Shown here: positions 55,987-64,000 of the stretch, piece after piece
How the letters are laid out: the number at the start of each line of letters is the position of its first letter
Position numbering within the stretch: position 1 is the stretch's first letter
NCBI GenBank assembly: GCA_965199235.1
Contig: CBDAQU010000002.1
Span: forward strand, 2,880,232 to 2,944,231
DNA: 64,000 nt
Direction: 5' to 3'
From: Acetobacteraceae bacterium
GTDB lineage: Bacteria > Pseudomonadota > Alphaproteobacteria > Acetobacterales > Acetobacteraceae
Position numbers and translations under genes: made by a program
The notes under the pieces: model-generated
What the model was told of the DNA's origin: nothing
What the model saw: the letters and a program-made list of their open reading frames with translations, nothing else
Database searches by the model: none

Positions 55987-57615
55987 TCACATGCCGCCAG
56001 GATAGGCCGGTCCTCCGCCGCCCTCGGGCGCCGACCAGTCGATGTTCTGCGTGGGGTCCTTAATGTCGCACGTCTTGCAGTGCACGCAGTTCTGCGCGTT
56101 GATCTGCAGACGAGGCTGGCCTTCCTCCACGCCCACCGCCTCGTAGACGCCCGCCGGACAGTAGCGGCTCTCCGGGCTGCGATACTGCTCCCAGTTCACG
56201 CCCAGCCAGCGCCCGGGATCGCGCAGCTTGAGGTGGACCGGCTGGTTCTCCTCGTGGTTGGTGTTGCTGATGAACACCGAGGACAGGCGGTCGAACGTCA
56301 GCTTGCCGTCCGGCTTGGGATACTCGATCTTGGGCGAGTCGGCGGCCTTGTTCAGCACCTCGTTGTCGCGGTGCTTGTGGTGGAACGTCCAGGGCGCCTT
56401 GCCGCGCAGGATGAACGTGTCGAGTCCTGAGTAGGCCATAAAGCCGTAAAGTCCGAACTTGGCGAAGGCGGGACGCAGGTTGCGCCCGTGCTTGAGCTCC
56501 GGATACAGCCAGCTCGCCTTCACCTTCCCGGTGTAGGCGGTCAGCTCGCCCGTGCGGTCGCCCGTCAGCGCGTCCGCGGCTGCCTCGGCGGCCAGCATGC
56601 CCGACTTCATCGCACAGTGCGTGCCCTTGATCTTCGGCAGGTTCAGGAAGCCGGCGGCGTCGCCGATCAGCGCGCCCCCCGGGAACGTCAGCTTCGGGAT
56701 CGACTGCAAGCCGCCCTCCGACAGAGCACGCGCGCCGTAGCTGATGCGCCGCCCGCCCTCGAAATGCCGACGCATGTGCGGGTGCGTCTTCAATCGCTGC
56801 ATCTCGTCGAACGGAGATAGCCAGGGGTTGGCGTAATCCAGGCCGATGACGAAGCCGAACGAGACCAGGCCGTCACCGAAATGATAAAGCCAGGAGCCGG
56901 CATAGGTGTTCCTGTCCGCCGGCCAGCCGACGGTGTGCATGATGAAGCCGGGCTTGTGGTTCTCGCGGGGGATCTCCCACAGCTCCTTTATGCCGAGCCC
57001 GTAGGTCTGGGGGTCCACGCCCTTGCGCAGGTCGAAACGCTCCATCAGCTGCTTGGACAGCGAGCCGCGGCAGCCCTCGCCGAACAGCGTGTACGCGGCG
57101 CGAAGCTCCATGCCTGCCGCGTAGTTGGCGCCTCGCTCTCCCTCCTTTGTCACGCCCATGTCGCCGGTGGCCACACCGACCACCCTGCCATCCTCGACCA
57201 GCAATTCGGCCGCAGAGAAGCCCGGGTAGATCTCCACGCCCAGCGCCTCCGCCTGGCGGCCGAGCCAGCGGGTCACGTCGCCAAGGCTGACGATGTAGTT
57301 GCCGTGATTGTTCATCTGCGGCGGCAGCACGGGAAATTTCAAGGCGAACCGCTTGGTGAGGAAGACGAACTGGTCCTCGCTCGCCTCGGTATGGATCGGG
57401 GCGTCCAGCTCGCGCCAGTTGGGCAGCAGCTCCTCCAGCGCGCGCGGCTCGATCACCGCGCCGGACAGGATGTGCGCGCCGACCTCGCCCGCCTTTTCCA
57501 CCACGCAGACGGCGGCATCGGGGGCGAGCTGCTTCAGCCTGATCGCCGCCGACAGACCGGCGGGACCGGCGCCCACGATGACCACGTCAAACTCCATCGC
57601 CTCGCGATCGCTCAT
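55987..57615 (-). CDS. Electron transfer flavoprotein-ubiquinone oxidoreductase
   Basis: REAMEFDVVIVGAGPAGLSAA, GAHILSGAV, IKGTHCAMKSG, 4Fe-4S YCPAGVYE...NCVHCKTCDIKDP. Confidence 0.96.
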   Translation of the reverse strand: MSDREAMEFDVVIVGAGPAGLSAAIRLKQLAPDAAVCVVEKAGEVGAHILSGAVIEPRALEELLPNWRELDAPIHTEASEDQFVFLTKRFALKFPVLPPQMNNHGNYIVSLGDVTRWLGRQAEALGVEIYPGFSAAELLVEDGRVVGVATGDMGVTKEGERGANYAAGMELRAAYTLFGEGCRGSLSKQLMERFDLRKGVDPQTYGLGIKELWEIPRENHKPGFIMHTVGWPADRNTYAGSWLYHFGDGLVSFGFVIGLDYANPWLSPFDEMQRLKTHPHMRRHFEGGRRISYGARALSEGGLQSIPKLTFPGGALIGDAAGFLNLPKIKGTHCAMKSGMLAAEAAADALTGDRTGELTAYTGKVKASWLYPELKHGRNLRPAFAKFGLYGFMAYSGLDTFILRGKAPWTFHHKHRDNEVLNKAADSPKIEYPKPDGKLTFDRLSSVFISNTNHEENQPVHLKLRDPGRWLGVNWEQYRSPESRYCPAGVYEAVGVEEGQPRLQINAQNCVHCKTCDIKDPTQNIDWSAPEGGGGPAYPGGM

Positions 57616-57769
57616 CCTGTCCGTCCTTGGTTGGTGGTCTTGGTCACGTCTTGGTTGACGTATTAGGTAGGCAGGTGCCGCAAGTGAAGAGGACGGCGAT
57701 GCCTGGCTCCGGCCATAGCTAGGCGGATTGCCGGTTTGCGCAAACCGGGCCTGCCGGTTAAACGCGGCG

Positions 57770-58543
57770 ATGGACATGCTCGCCGCCTTGCGGCTGCAGA
57801 TCGAGTGGGGTGCCGACGAAGCGCTGGACGACCACCCGATCGATCGGACGCTCGCGCCTGCGGCGCCCGCGCATGCGGCCGTCCAGGCCCCCGTTCACGC
57901 GCCAGTCGCTGCCGCCCTCTCCGGTCCGGCCGCCCGGGCGCAGGCCGCCGCGGACGGCGCCAACACGTTGCAGGCGCTCTACCGCACGATGGCGGGCTAC
58001 CGCGAGTGCGCTCTGGCCGCGACGGCGACCAAGCTGGCAGTGGCGGACGGCAACCCAGCATCGGGGCTGGTGCTGGTGGGCGAGGTGGCGGGCGCCGAGG
58101 AGGATCAGCAGGGCCGCCCCTTCGCAGGGCCGGCCGGCCGTCTGCTGGACGACATGCTCGCCTCCGTCGGGCTGACCCGGCAGCATCTGCTGGTCGCCAA
58201 CATGGTGCCCTGGAGACCCCCGGGCGGACGCGCGCCCACCGACACCGAGGTGCAGATCTGCACGCCGTTCCTGTGGCGCCACCTGACCCTGTTGCGGCCG
58301 CACACCATCGTCACCCTGGGCGCCCTGCCGGCCCGTGTGCTGACCGGGCGGGCGGAGACGATACGGCGCCTGCGAGGCCGGTGGCAGTCCGTGCCGGTTC
58401 CCGGGCTTCCCGCGCCGATCGCGATGCTGCCTATGTTTAATCCGTTGTATTTGCTGCGCTCTCCGGCGTCAAAAAAAGACGCTTGGGCAGACCTTGTCGC
58501 ACTGCGGCGCTACTTGGACAGCAACTTACGACAGTCTAGGTGA
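57770..58543 (+). CDS. Uracil-DNA glycosylase family 4-like protein
   Basis: LVGEVAGAEEDQQGRPFAGPAGRLLDDML, NMVPWRPPGGRAPTDTEVQIC; motif B reads FNPLYLLR. Confidence 0.88.
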   Translation: MDMLAALRLQIEWGADEALDDHPIDRTLAPAAPAHAAVQAPVHAPVAAALSGPAARAQAAADGANTLQALYRTMAGYRECALAATATKLAVADGNPASGLVLVGEVAGAEEDQQGRPFAGPAGRLLDDMLASVGLTRQHLLVANMVPWRPPGGRAPTDTEVQICTPFLWRHLTLLRPHTIVTLGALPARVLTGRAETIRRLRGRWQSVPVPGLPAPIAMLPMFNPLYLLRSPASKKDAWADLVALRRYLDSNLRQSR

Positions 58544-58684
58544 AATCTACTGGAACGTTGCAACCTCGATATCTTGCTTTTGCCGCATGAACACGCATCA
58601 GAGCTTGCCACATTCCTGCCTTGATTGAGCGATCATTCGACGAAGGGTTGCGCCCGCTGACAAAATACTGTTTACGCCGCCGCC

Positions 58685-60367
58685 ATGCGAGGGATCGGTC
58701 GAACCATCTCCCGCCTGTCCGCCACCCGCGCCGTCCTGGCGGGTGCCGCAATCCTGGCCGGAACCGCGTTGCGGCCCGCCCATGGCACAGCGGCGAGCGG
58801 AGGGGCGTTCTCTGAAGACCTGGCCATGGCCGTGCCGCGGGTTCACCCGCCGGCAGGGTCGAGCGGCGTCGGTCTGCCGCAGCCTCTGCCGCCGAGCGAG
58901 GCTGCGCGGGTTCGCCGTATCTTCGCCTTGCAGCGCCAGGGGTCGCTTCCGGCCGCGATCGCGGAAACCGCTCGGCTGACCGACACCAGCCTGCTCGGCC
59001 ACATTTTGGCCGACCGCCTGCTCGCCCACCCAGCCAGGGCGTCGGCACCCGCGTTGTCGGACTGGCTGGGGCGCTACGCCGACCTGCCCGATGCCTGCGC
59101 CATCTACACGCTGCTGCTCAAGCGCCTGCCTGCCGGCGCGCGCCTGCCTGCCGCACCGCCTGCCGCATCGCTCGCTTCGGCCGAGGGCGGCGCGCCTGCC
59201 GCACCCTCCTCTGCGGCGAGGACGGCCCGCGATGCCCTGGCGCGCGGACGCGACGCGGCTGCCCTGCGCGTCGGCCGCGCCGCCTTCGGCCAGAGCCACG
59301 GACGCGACGGCGAGGCGGCCTACATCGCCGGGCTGGCCGCCTGGCGCCGCGGTGGGTACGCCGCCAGCGCCACCCTGTTCGAGGGCGCGTCCCTGGCGGA
59401 AGGCGCCGGTGCGGGCATGCGCGCCAGCGCCGCCCTGTGGGCAGCGCGCGCCCATCTGCGGCAGGGCGACGCGCAGGCATGGCACGCCTGGATGCTGCGC
59501 GCCGCAGCAGAGCCGCACACGCTGCACGGCATGATCGCCAGGACCGCGCTCGGCCTCGGACCCGCCACCTCCCCGGCAAGCCCGACTTTGGCCGAGGCGG
59601 ACGTGGAGGCTGTCGCAGCGACGCCGCAGGGGCACCGGGCCTTCGCGCTGCTCCAGGTCGGCGAGGCTGCGCGGGCGGAGGCGGAACTGCGCCGCCTGTG
59701 GCCGGTGGCCCAGGCCGACGCGCCTCTGTCGCGCGCGCTGTTCCTGGTGGCCGGTGCCGCCGGCCTGGGCGAGCTGGTGGCCGACCTGTCCGGGATCGTG
59801 GACGCGACGGAAGCCGACCTGCCGGTGCCCCAGCTTCGCCCGAAAGGCGGCTTCAGGCTGGACCGGGCGCTCGTCTATGCGGTGGCGCACGTGGAATCCA
59901 ACTTCGACAGGGCGGCCGTCTCGCTCGCCGGCGCGCATGGAATGATGCAGCTGATGCCGCAGACCGCGGGCGTTCTCGGCGGTTCGGTCGCCGCCCGGAC
60001 GCTGGACGATTCCGGGCAGAACCTGCGGCTGGGCCAGGCCTACCTGGCCTACCTGGCGCAGCCCGGGATGGCGGGGGACGACCTGCTGCGCGTCCTGGCC
60101 AGCTACAATGCGGGTCCGAACGCGCTGCAGCGCTGGGCGCTGCCGTCCGACACCGACCCGCTGATGTTCCTCGAGATCGTCCCGGTCGACGAGACGCGCC
60201 ACTTCGTGCAGCGGACGCTGTCGAACCTCTGGGGCTACGCCGCGCGCTTCGGGATGCGGGCGCCGAGCCTGGAGGCAATGGCGGCCGGGGTCTGGCCCGC
60301 CTTCACGCCGGAGCTCGGCGCGGTGCCGCGGTCCCGCTTCCAGCAGGCCGTCGTTCGGCTACACTGA
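58685..60367 (+). CDS. Lytic transglycosylase (SLT domain)
   Basis: HVESNF, GMMQLMP, LASYNAGP, ETRHFVQR; signal-like N-terminus. Confidence 0.9.
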   Translation: MRGIGRTISRLSATRAVLAGAAILAGTALRPAHGTAASGGAFSEDLAMAVPRVHPPAGSSGVGLPQPLPPSEAARVRRIFALQRQGSLPAAIAETARLTDTSLLGHILADRLLAHPARASAPALSDWLGRYADLPDACAIYTLLLKRLPAGARLPAAPPAASLASAEGGAPAAPSSAARTARDALARGRDAAALRVGRAAFGQSHGRDGEAAYIAGLAAWRRGGYAASATLFEGASLAEGAGAGMRASAALWAARAHLRQGDAQAWHAWMLRAAAEPHTLHGMIARTALGLGPATSPASPTLAEADVEAVAATPQGHRAFALLQVGEAARAEAELRRLWPVAQADAPLSRALFLVAGAAGLGELVADLSGIVDATEADLPVPQLRPKGGFRLDRALVYAVAHVESNFDRAAVSLAGAHGMMQLMPQTAGVLGGSVAARTLDDSGQNLRLGQAYLAYLAQPGMAGDDLLRVLASYNAGPNALQRWALPSDTDPLMFLEIVPVDETRHFVQRTLSNLWGYAARFGMRAPSLEAMAAGVWPAFTPELGAVPRSRFQQAVVRLH

Positions 60368-60370
60368 GCC

Positions 60371-60901
60371 ATGAGCCGCATCGACGACAGCATCCCCTTC
60401 AAGCCCGTGCACATCGCCGTGCTGACCGTATCCGACACGCGCGACGCGGCCACCGACACGTCCGGCGACACGCTGGTGGCCAGGATAGAGGCGGCCGGGC
60501 ACCGCGTGAGCGACCGCGCGATCGAGCGCGACGATGCGGACGCGATCGCCGCCCATCTCAGCCGCTGGATCGCCGATGCCGGCATCGACGTGGTGATAAC
60601 GACGGGCGGCACAGGACTGACCGGCCGCGACGTGACGCCCGAGGCGTTCGAGCGCGTGATCGAAAAGCGGATCGAGGGGTTCGGCGAGCTGTTCAGGATG
60701 CTCAGCTACCAGAAGATCGGCACGTCCACGATCCAGTCGCGCGCGCTGGCCGGGCTGGCGCGCGGAACCTACCTGTTCGCCCTGCCGGGCAGCACCGGCG
60801 CGGTGCGCGACGCCTGGGACGACATCCTGGTCTGGCAGCTCGATGTGCGTCATCAGCCGTGCAACTTCGTGGAGCTGATGCCGCGGCTTCGCGAAGTTTG
60901 A
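60371..60901 (+). CDS. moaB: Molybdenum cofactor biosynthesis protein B
   Basis: [10 protein letters not shown]...[50 protein letters not shown]. Confidence 0.95.
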   Translation: MSRIDDSIPFKPVHIAVLTVSDTRDAATDTSGDTLVARIEAAGHRVSDRAIERDDADAIAAHLSRWIADAGIDVVITTGGTGLTGRDVTPEAFERVIEKRIEGFGELFRMLSYQKIGTSTIQSRALAGLARGTYLFALPGSTGAVRDAWDDILVWQLDVRHQPCNFVELMPRLREV

Positions 60902-60931
60902 ACCCTACCGTCCCTCCTTGCTGTCGCATGG

Positions 60932-61016
60932 TGCTTGCCGGGGCGGTTCGCCCTCGAGGCTGAACCCCTCCCGGGGGGCCTGCGGCGGCCTCGACCGCGA
61001 ACCGCCCCGGCAAGCA
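60932..61016. repeat. 85-nt structured palindrome with perfect 20-bp outer arms
   Basis: TGCTTGCCGGGGCGGTTCGC (60932-60951) / GCGAACCGCCCCGGCAAGCA (60997-61016); inner stem TCGAGGC/GCCTCGA. Confidence 0.85.
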
Positions 61017-61036
61017 GGCGGCTGACATCGAACGAA

Positions 61037-61108
61037 TGGCGGGGAAAGGCTGGCGGGGGAAAGGCTGGCGGGGGAAGAATGGCGGGGAAAAGAATGGCGG
61101 GGAAGGGA
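61037..61108. repeat. Five imperfect 14-15-bp G-run tandem repeats (TGGCGGGG(G)AA...)
   Basis: Units at 61037, 61051, 61066, 61080 and 61095. Confidence 0.88.
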
Positions 61109-61177
61109 CGTCGGCCGCGCGGCCGGGCCACGTTCGCGCGCGAAAACCGCACGTGATCGTCGCCCGCGTAACGGCGT

Positions 61178-61203
61178 CGAACCGGCAGGCTCCCTGCCGG
61201 TTC
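61178..61203 (+). promoter_or_regulatory. Putative EcfG-type promoter CGAAC-N16-GGTT, itself an 11-bp perfect hairpin
   Basis: GAACCGGCAGG-ctc-CCTGCCGGTTC; 21 nt before the ATG at 61223. Confidence 0.45.
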
Positions 61204-61222
61204 ACTCCGCCGGAGGTAGCCG

Positions 61223-62092
61223 ATGGCGCAGCAGACAGAGGTGGACCCGCAGGCCCTGTTCGGCGAGGCGGACAGCGAGGGAGTGATGGTGCTCGCCCCC
61301 GATCTGGCCTACCGCCGGCTCGGCATCGTCAACATCGTGCTCGCCGGCGCGCCCGGCGGGGAGTGGGTGCTGATCGACACCGGACTGCCCGGCACGCAGC
61401 GCGTGATCGAGGATGCGATCGAAAGCAGGTTCGGCGCAGGCGCCAGGCCTAGCGCGATCGTGATGACCCACGGGCATTTCGACCATGTGGGCCTGCTCGA
61501 GACGCTGGCAGCCCGTTGGGACGTGCCGGTCTATGCGCACCCTCACGAGCTGCCTTACCTGAACGGCACGTCGTCCTACCCGCCGCCCGACCCGCATGTG
61601 GGCGGCGGCCTGATGTCGCGCCTCTCGCCGCTGTTTCCGCGCAGCCCGGTGGACGTCAGGCGCCGGCTGCATGCGCTGCCCGAGGATGGCAGCGTGCCGT
61701 TCATGCCTGGATGGCGCTGGATCCACACGCCCGGCCACTCGGCGGGGCACGTCTCGTTCTGGCGGCAGAGCGACCGCGGCCTGATCGCCGGCGACGCGTT
61801 CGTCACCACCGCGCAGGAATCGGTCTATGCGGCGGCCACCCAGGCGCCGGAGCTGCACGGGCCGCCGATGTATTTCACCCATGATTGGCAGGCGGCCCGG
61901 GCGTCCGTCGAGGCTCTGGCACGGCTGCAGCCGGACTACGCCGTCACCGGCCACGGCCACGCCATGCACGGCGCGCCGATGCGGACCGCGCTGGACCGGC
62001 TGGCGCGCGAGTTCGTGGCGAGCGCCGTGCCGCCGGACGGCACGTACGTGCTGCACCCCGCGCGCGCGGCAGACGGTTCGGCCTACCAGTAG
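61223..62092 (+). CDS. MBL-fold metallo-hydrolase
   Basis: LIDTG, THGHFDHVG, HTPGHSAGH, IAGDAF, TGHG. Confidence 0.92.
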   Translation: MAQQTEVDPQALFGEADSEGVMVLAPDLAYRRLGIVNIVLAGAPGGEWVLIDTGLPGTQRVIEDAIESRFGAGARPSAIVMTHGHFDHVGLLETLAARWDVPVYAHPHELPYLNGTSSYPPPDPHVGGGLMSRLSPLFPRSPVDVRRRLHALPEDGSVPFMPGWRWIHTPGHSAGHVSFWRQSDRGLIAGDAFVTTAQESVYAAATQAPELHGPPMYFTHDWQAARASVEALARLQPDYAVTGHGHAMHGAPMRTALDRLAREFVASAVPPDGTYVLHPARAADGSAYQ

Positions 62093-62116
62093 GCCGACCA
62101 GAACGAAGGGGCGCTC

Positions 62117-62890
62117 ATGACACTCGAGGGCAAGGTAGCGATCATCACCGGCGCCGATTCCGGCATCGGCCAGGCGGCGGCGAAGATCTTCGCCGAGGCC
62201 GGCGCAGACGTGGCCATCGGCTACCACACCGATGCGGACGGCGCGCATGCAACCCGGCGGTTGGTGGAGGAGGCAGGCCGCCGCGCCTGGGTGGGCCAGG
62301 TCGACGTGGCGGAGATGGCCTCTGTGGACAGCTTCTTCGCGGCCGCCGCAGGCGCGCTCGGCACGCCGCACATCCTGGTCGCCAATGCGGGCGTCGGCAT
62401 GGGCGAGAGCACTGCGGTGGCCGACATGGACGAGGCCAGGCTGGACCGGGTGCTCGACACCGACCTGAAAGGGCCGCTGTTCTGCGCCCGCTCCTTCGTG
62501 CGCGCGCGCCGCGCCGCCGGCGGACAGGGGCGGCTGGTGTTCGTAGGCTCGGTCGCGGGCCACCTGCCCACCGCCGGCAGCGCGCCATACGGCATGGCGA
62601 AGGCTGGGCTGAACTCGCTGGTGCGGTCGCTCTCGGTCGAGGCCGCGCCAGACAGGATCAACGTGAACGCCATCGCGCCCGGGCTGATCCGGACGCCGAT
62701 GACACAGGAGCGGCTGGACGACCCGTCGGCGCGCGAGAAGAGCATGGAGGCGATCTTGTGGCACCGCCCGGGGCAGCCGGAGGAAATCGGCAGGCTGGCG
62801 CTGTTCCTGGCGGCCGACACCGGCGACTACGTGACCGGCCAGACCTGGACGATGGATGGCGGCCTGACGATGCACTGGGGCGGCGCGTGA
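62117..62890 (+). CDS. SDR family oxidoreductase (glucose 1-dehydrogenase-like)
   Basis: ITGADSGIGQA, NAGVG, YGMAKAG, NAIAPGLIRTPM, YVTGQTWTMDGG. Confidence 0.93.
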   Translation: MTLEGKVAIITGADSGIGQAAAKIFAEAGADVAIGYHTDADGAHATRRLVEEAGRRAWVGQVDVAEMASVDSFFAAAAGALGTPHILVANAGVGMGESTAVADMDEARLDRVLDTDLKGPLFCARSFVRARRAAGGQGRLVFVGSVAGHLPTAGSAPYGMAKAGLNSLVRSLSVEAAPDRINVNAIAPGLIRTPMTQERLDDPSAREKSMEAILWHRPGQPEEIGRLALFLAADTGDYVTGQTWTMDGGLTMHWGGA

Positions 62891-62891
62891 C

Positions 62892-63584
62892 CTACCAGGG
62901 GATCACCGCCCCGGTATTGTCCAGAAAGCAGCCGGTCTTGGTTGCCGCATCCATGGTGGCGAGCAGCCGGCGCGCGGCCTCCTCGGCTGGTATCCCCTGG
63001 TCCGGGCCGGTGAACGGGTCGGAGAGGCGGGTGCGGACGGTGCCGGGATGCAGGGCGAGCAGCACTGCGTCCGGCCGGCGCCTGGCTACCTCTACCGAGG
63101 CGGTGCGCAGGATCTGGTTCAGCGCCGCCTTGGACGCGCGATAGGAATACCAGCCGCCCAGCTGGTTGTCGCCGATGCTGCCGACCCTGGCGGAGAGGGT
63201 GGCGAACACCGAGCGGCCCTGGCGCGGCAGCAGCTCCACGAAATGCTTCAGCAGCAGCGCGGGACCTACGGCGTTGATCGCAAAGGCGCGCGCCATCGTG
63301 CCGGGATCGAGGTCGGCCAGGCGTTTCTCTGGCCCGCGACCGTCTATCGTGAGCGCCCCCGTGGCGTCGATGATGCGGCCGAACGGGGCCAGCGGCCGCA
63401 GCGCGGATGCCGCCGCAAAGATGCTGGCCTCGTCGGTTACGTCGAGGGCCGGATCGGTCGACCGGGCGAGACCTACCCCTGCATTGGCTGACAGGGCGGC
63501 GAGCAGGGCGGCACCGATGCCGCCTGTGCTGCCGATGACAAGGGTTGACGGAGCGGCGCGCGCCGAGGCCGAGAGCTCAGAAAT
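62892..63584 (-). CDS. CsgA/C-factor-like SDR; start codon not canonical or lost
   Basis: In frame upstream of the ORF-track ATG: TLVIGSTGGIGAAL...PEKRL; then SARVGSIGDNQLGGWYSYRASKAALNQ, LHPGTVRT. There is no ATG, GTG or TTG between the upstream in-frame stop and the GxxGxG motif; ATT at 63584 is the only candidate. Confidence 0.8.
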   Translation of the reverse strand: MSELSASARAAPSTLVIGSTGGIGAALLAALSANAGVGLARSTDPALDVTDEASIFAAASALRPLAPFGRIIDATGALTIDGRGPEKRLADLDPGTMARAFAINAVGPALLLKHFVELLPRQGRSVFATLSARVGSIGDNQLGGWYSYRASKAALNQILRTASVEVARRRPDAVLLALHPGTVRTRLSDPFTGPDQGIPAEEAARRLLATMDAATKTGCFLDNTGAVIPW

Positions 63585-63726
63585 CGGTGCAGCGGCCCTT
63601 CACCTCCCAGTCGCCGTAGCGTGTGGGTTCGGGCCCTTTCGGGCCGCCGATCTCCTTGGGCATTTTGGCCGGCTGAGCGGCCGGGGCTGCTTCGGGCGAA
63701 GCCTGGGTGTCTGTCTGGTCGGTCAT
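63577..63726 (-). CDS. DUF1674 family small protein (SdhAF4-like)
   Basis: KEIGGPKGPEPTRYGDWEVKGRCTDF. Start is 63726 or 63735. Confidence 0.9.
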   Translation of the reverse strand: MTDQTDTQASPEAAPAAQPAKMPKEIGGPKGPEPTRYGDWEVKGRCTDF

Positions 63727-63788
63727 GACAGGCATGTCGGGTGCGCCGCTTTGCTTGGCAAGCGGGCAAAGCCCTCCTGAACTGGGGG

Positions 63789-64000
63789 TCAGGACTCCAC
63801 GCGGTTTTCCACCAGTTCGCTCACCACGCCCGGGTCGGCCAGGGTGGAGGTGTCGCCCAGGCCCTCGGTCTCGTTGGCGGCGATCTTGCGCAGGATGCGG
63901 CGCATGATCTTGCCACTGCGTGTCTTGGGCAGGCCGGGCGCCCACTGGATGGCATCGGGTGCCGCAATCGGTCCGATCTCGCGCCGGACCCAGGCCACCA
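63789..64000 (-). CDS. acs: Acetyl-CoA synthetase, C-terminal part (runs off the window edge)
   Basis: [38 protein letters not shown]...[10 protein letters not shown]. Confidence 0.95.
   Translation of the reverse strand, partial: VAWVRREIGPIAAPDAIQWAPGLPKTRSGKIMRRILRKIAANETEGLGDTSTLADPGVVSELVENRVES

Noticed and set aside
60932-61016. Moco riboswitch or SRP RNA
   Set aside because: It lies downstream rather than upstream of moaB, and the SRP helix-8 motif is absent.

Overview
High-GC alphaproteobacterial chromosome segment. It is most likely Acetobacteraceae/Rhodospirillales, judged from gene set and order and from a tRNA-His with an encoded G-1:C73 pair. The backbone, left to right: thiolase, TetR regulator and phosphotransferase; a DUF1302-YCF48-RND(MMPL)...DUF1329 lipid/hydrophobe uptake set; a glnB-glnK-amtB-glnA nitrogen cluster; tRNA-His, mobA, marC, ada; prkA/yeaG-yeaH-spoVR; wzm/wzt; a Dpp/Opp-type ABC operon; tRNA-Gln, ispE, TPR protein, ETF-QO, UDG, lytic transglycosylase, moaB; and the 3' end of acs. 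Accessory parts are (i) a lower-GC UrcA plus membrane-anchored wHTH-TPR-rhodanese regulator module (about 4.5-8.0 kb), (ii) a PrlF/YhaV toxin-antitoxin pair apparently inserted into the first codons of the ABC permease gene, (iii) a lower-GC catabolic island (about 37.3-47.8 kb: two CocE hydrolases, VOC protein, flavin monooxygenase, NTF2-like protein, TonB-dependent receptor) bounded by IS1182/RAYT and Ku remnants, and (iv) a decaying general-stress cassette next to tRNA-Gln. Reading the intergenic DNA revealed three repeated regulatory motifs. TAGGGTG-NN-CACCCTA occurs 3 times around the lipid-uptake genes. CTGTAAY-N3-RTTACAG occurs 3 times in the catabolic island, which encodes no regulator. 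EcfG-like (G/C)(G/C)AAM-N16-(C/G)GTT promoters precede four stress-type genes. No CRISPR array, rRNA or integrase was seen. All family calls come from motif recognition by eye; no database searches were run.
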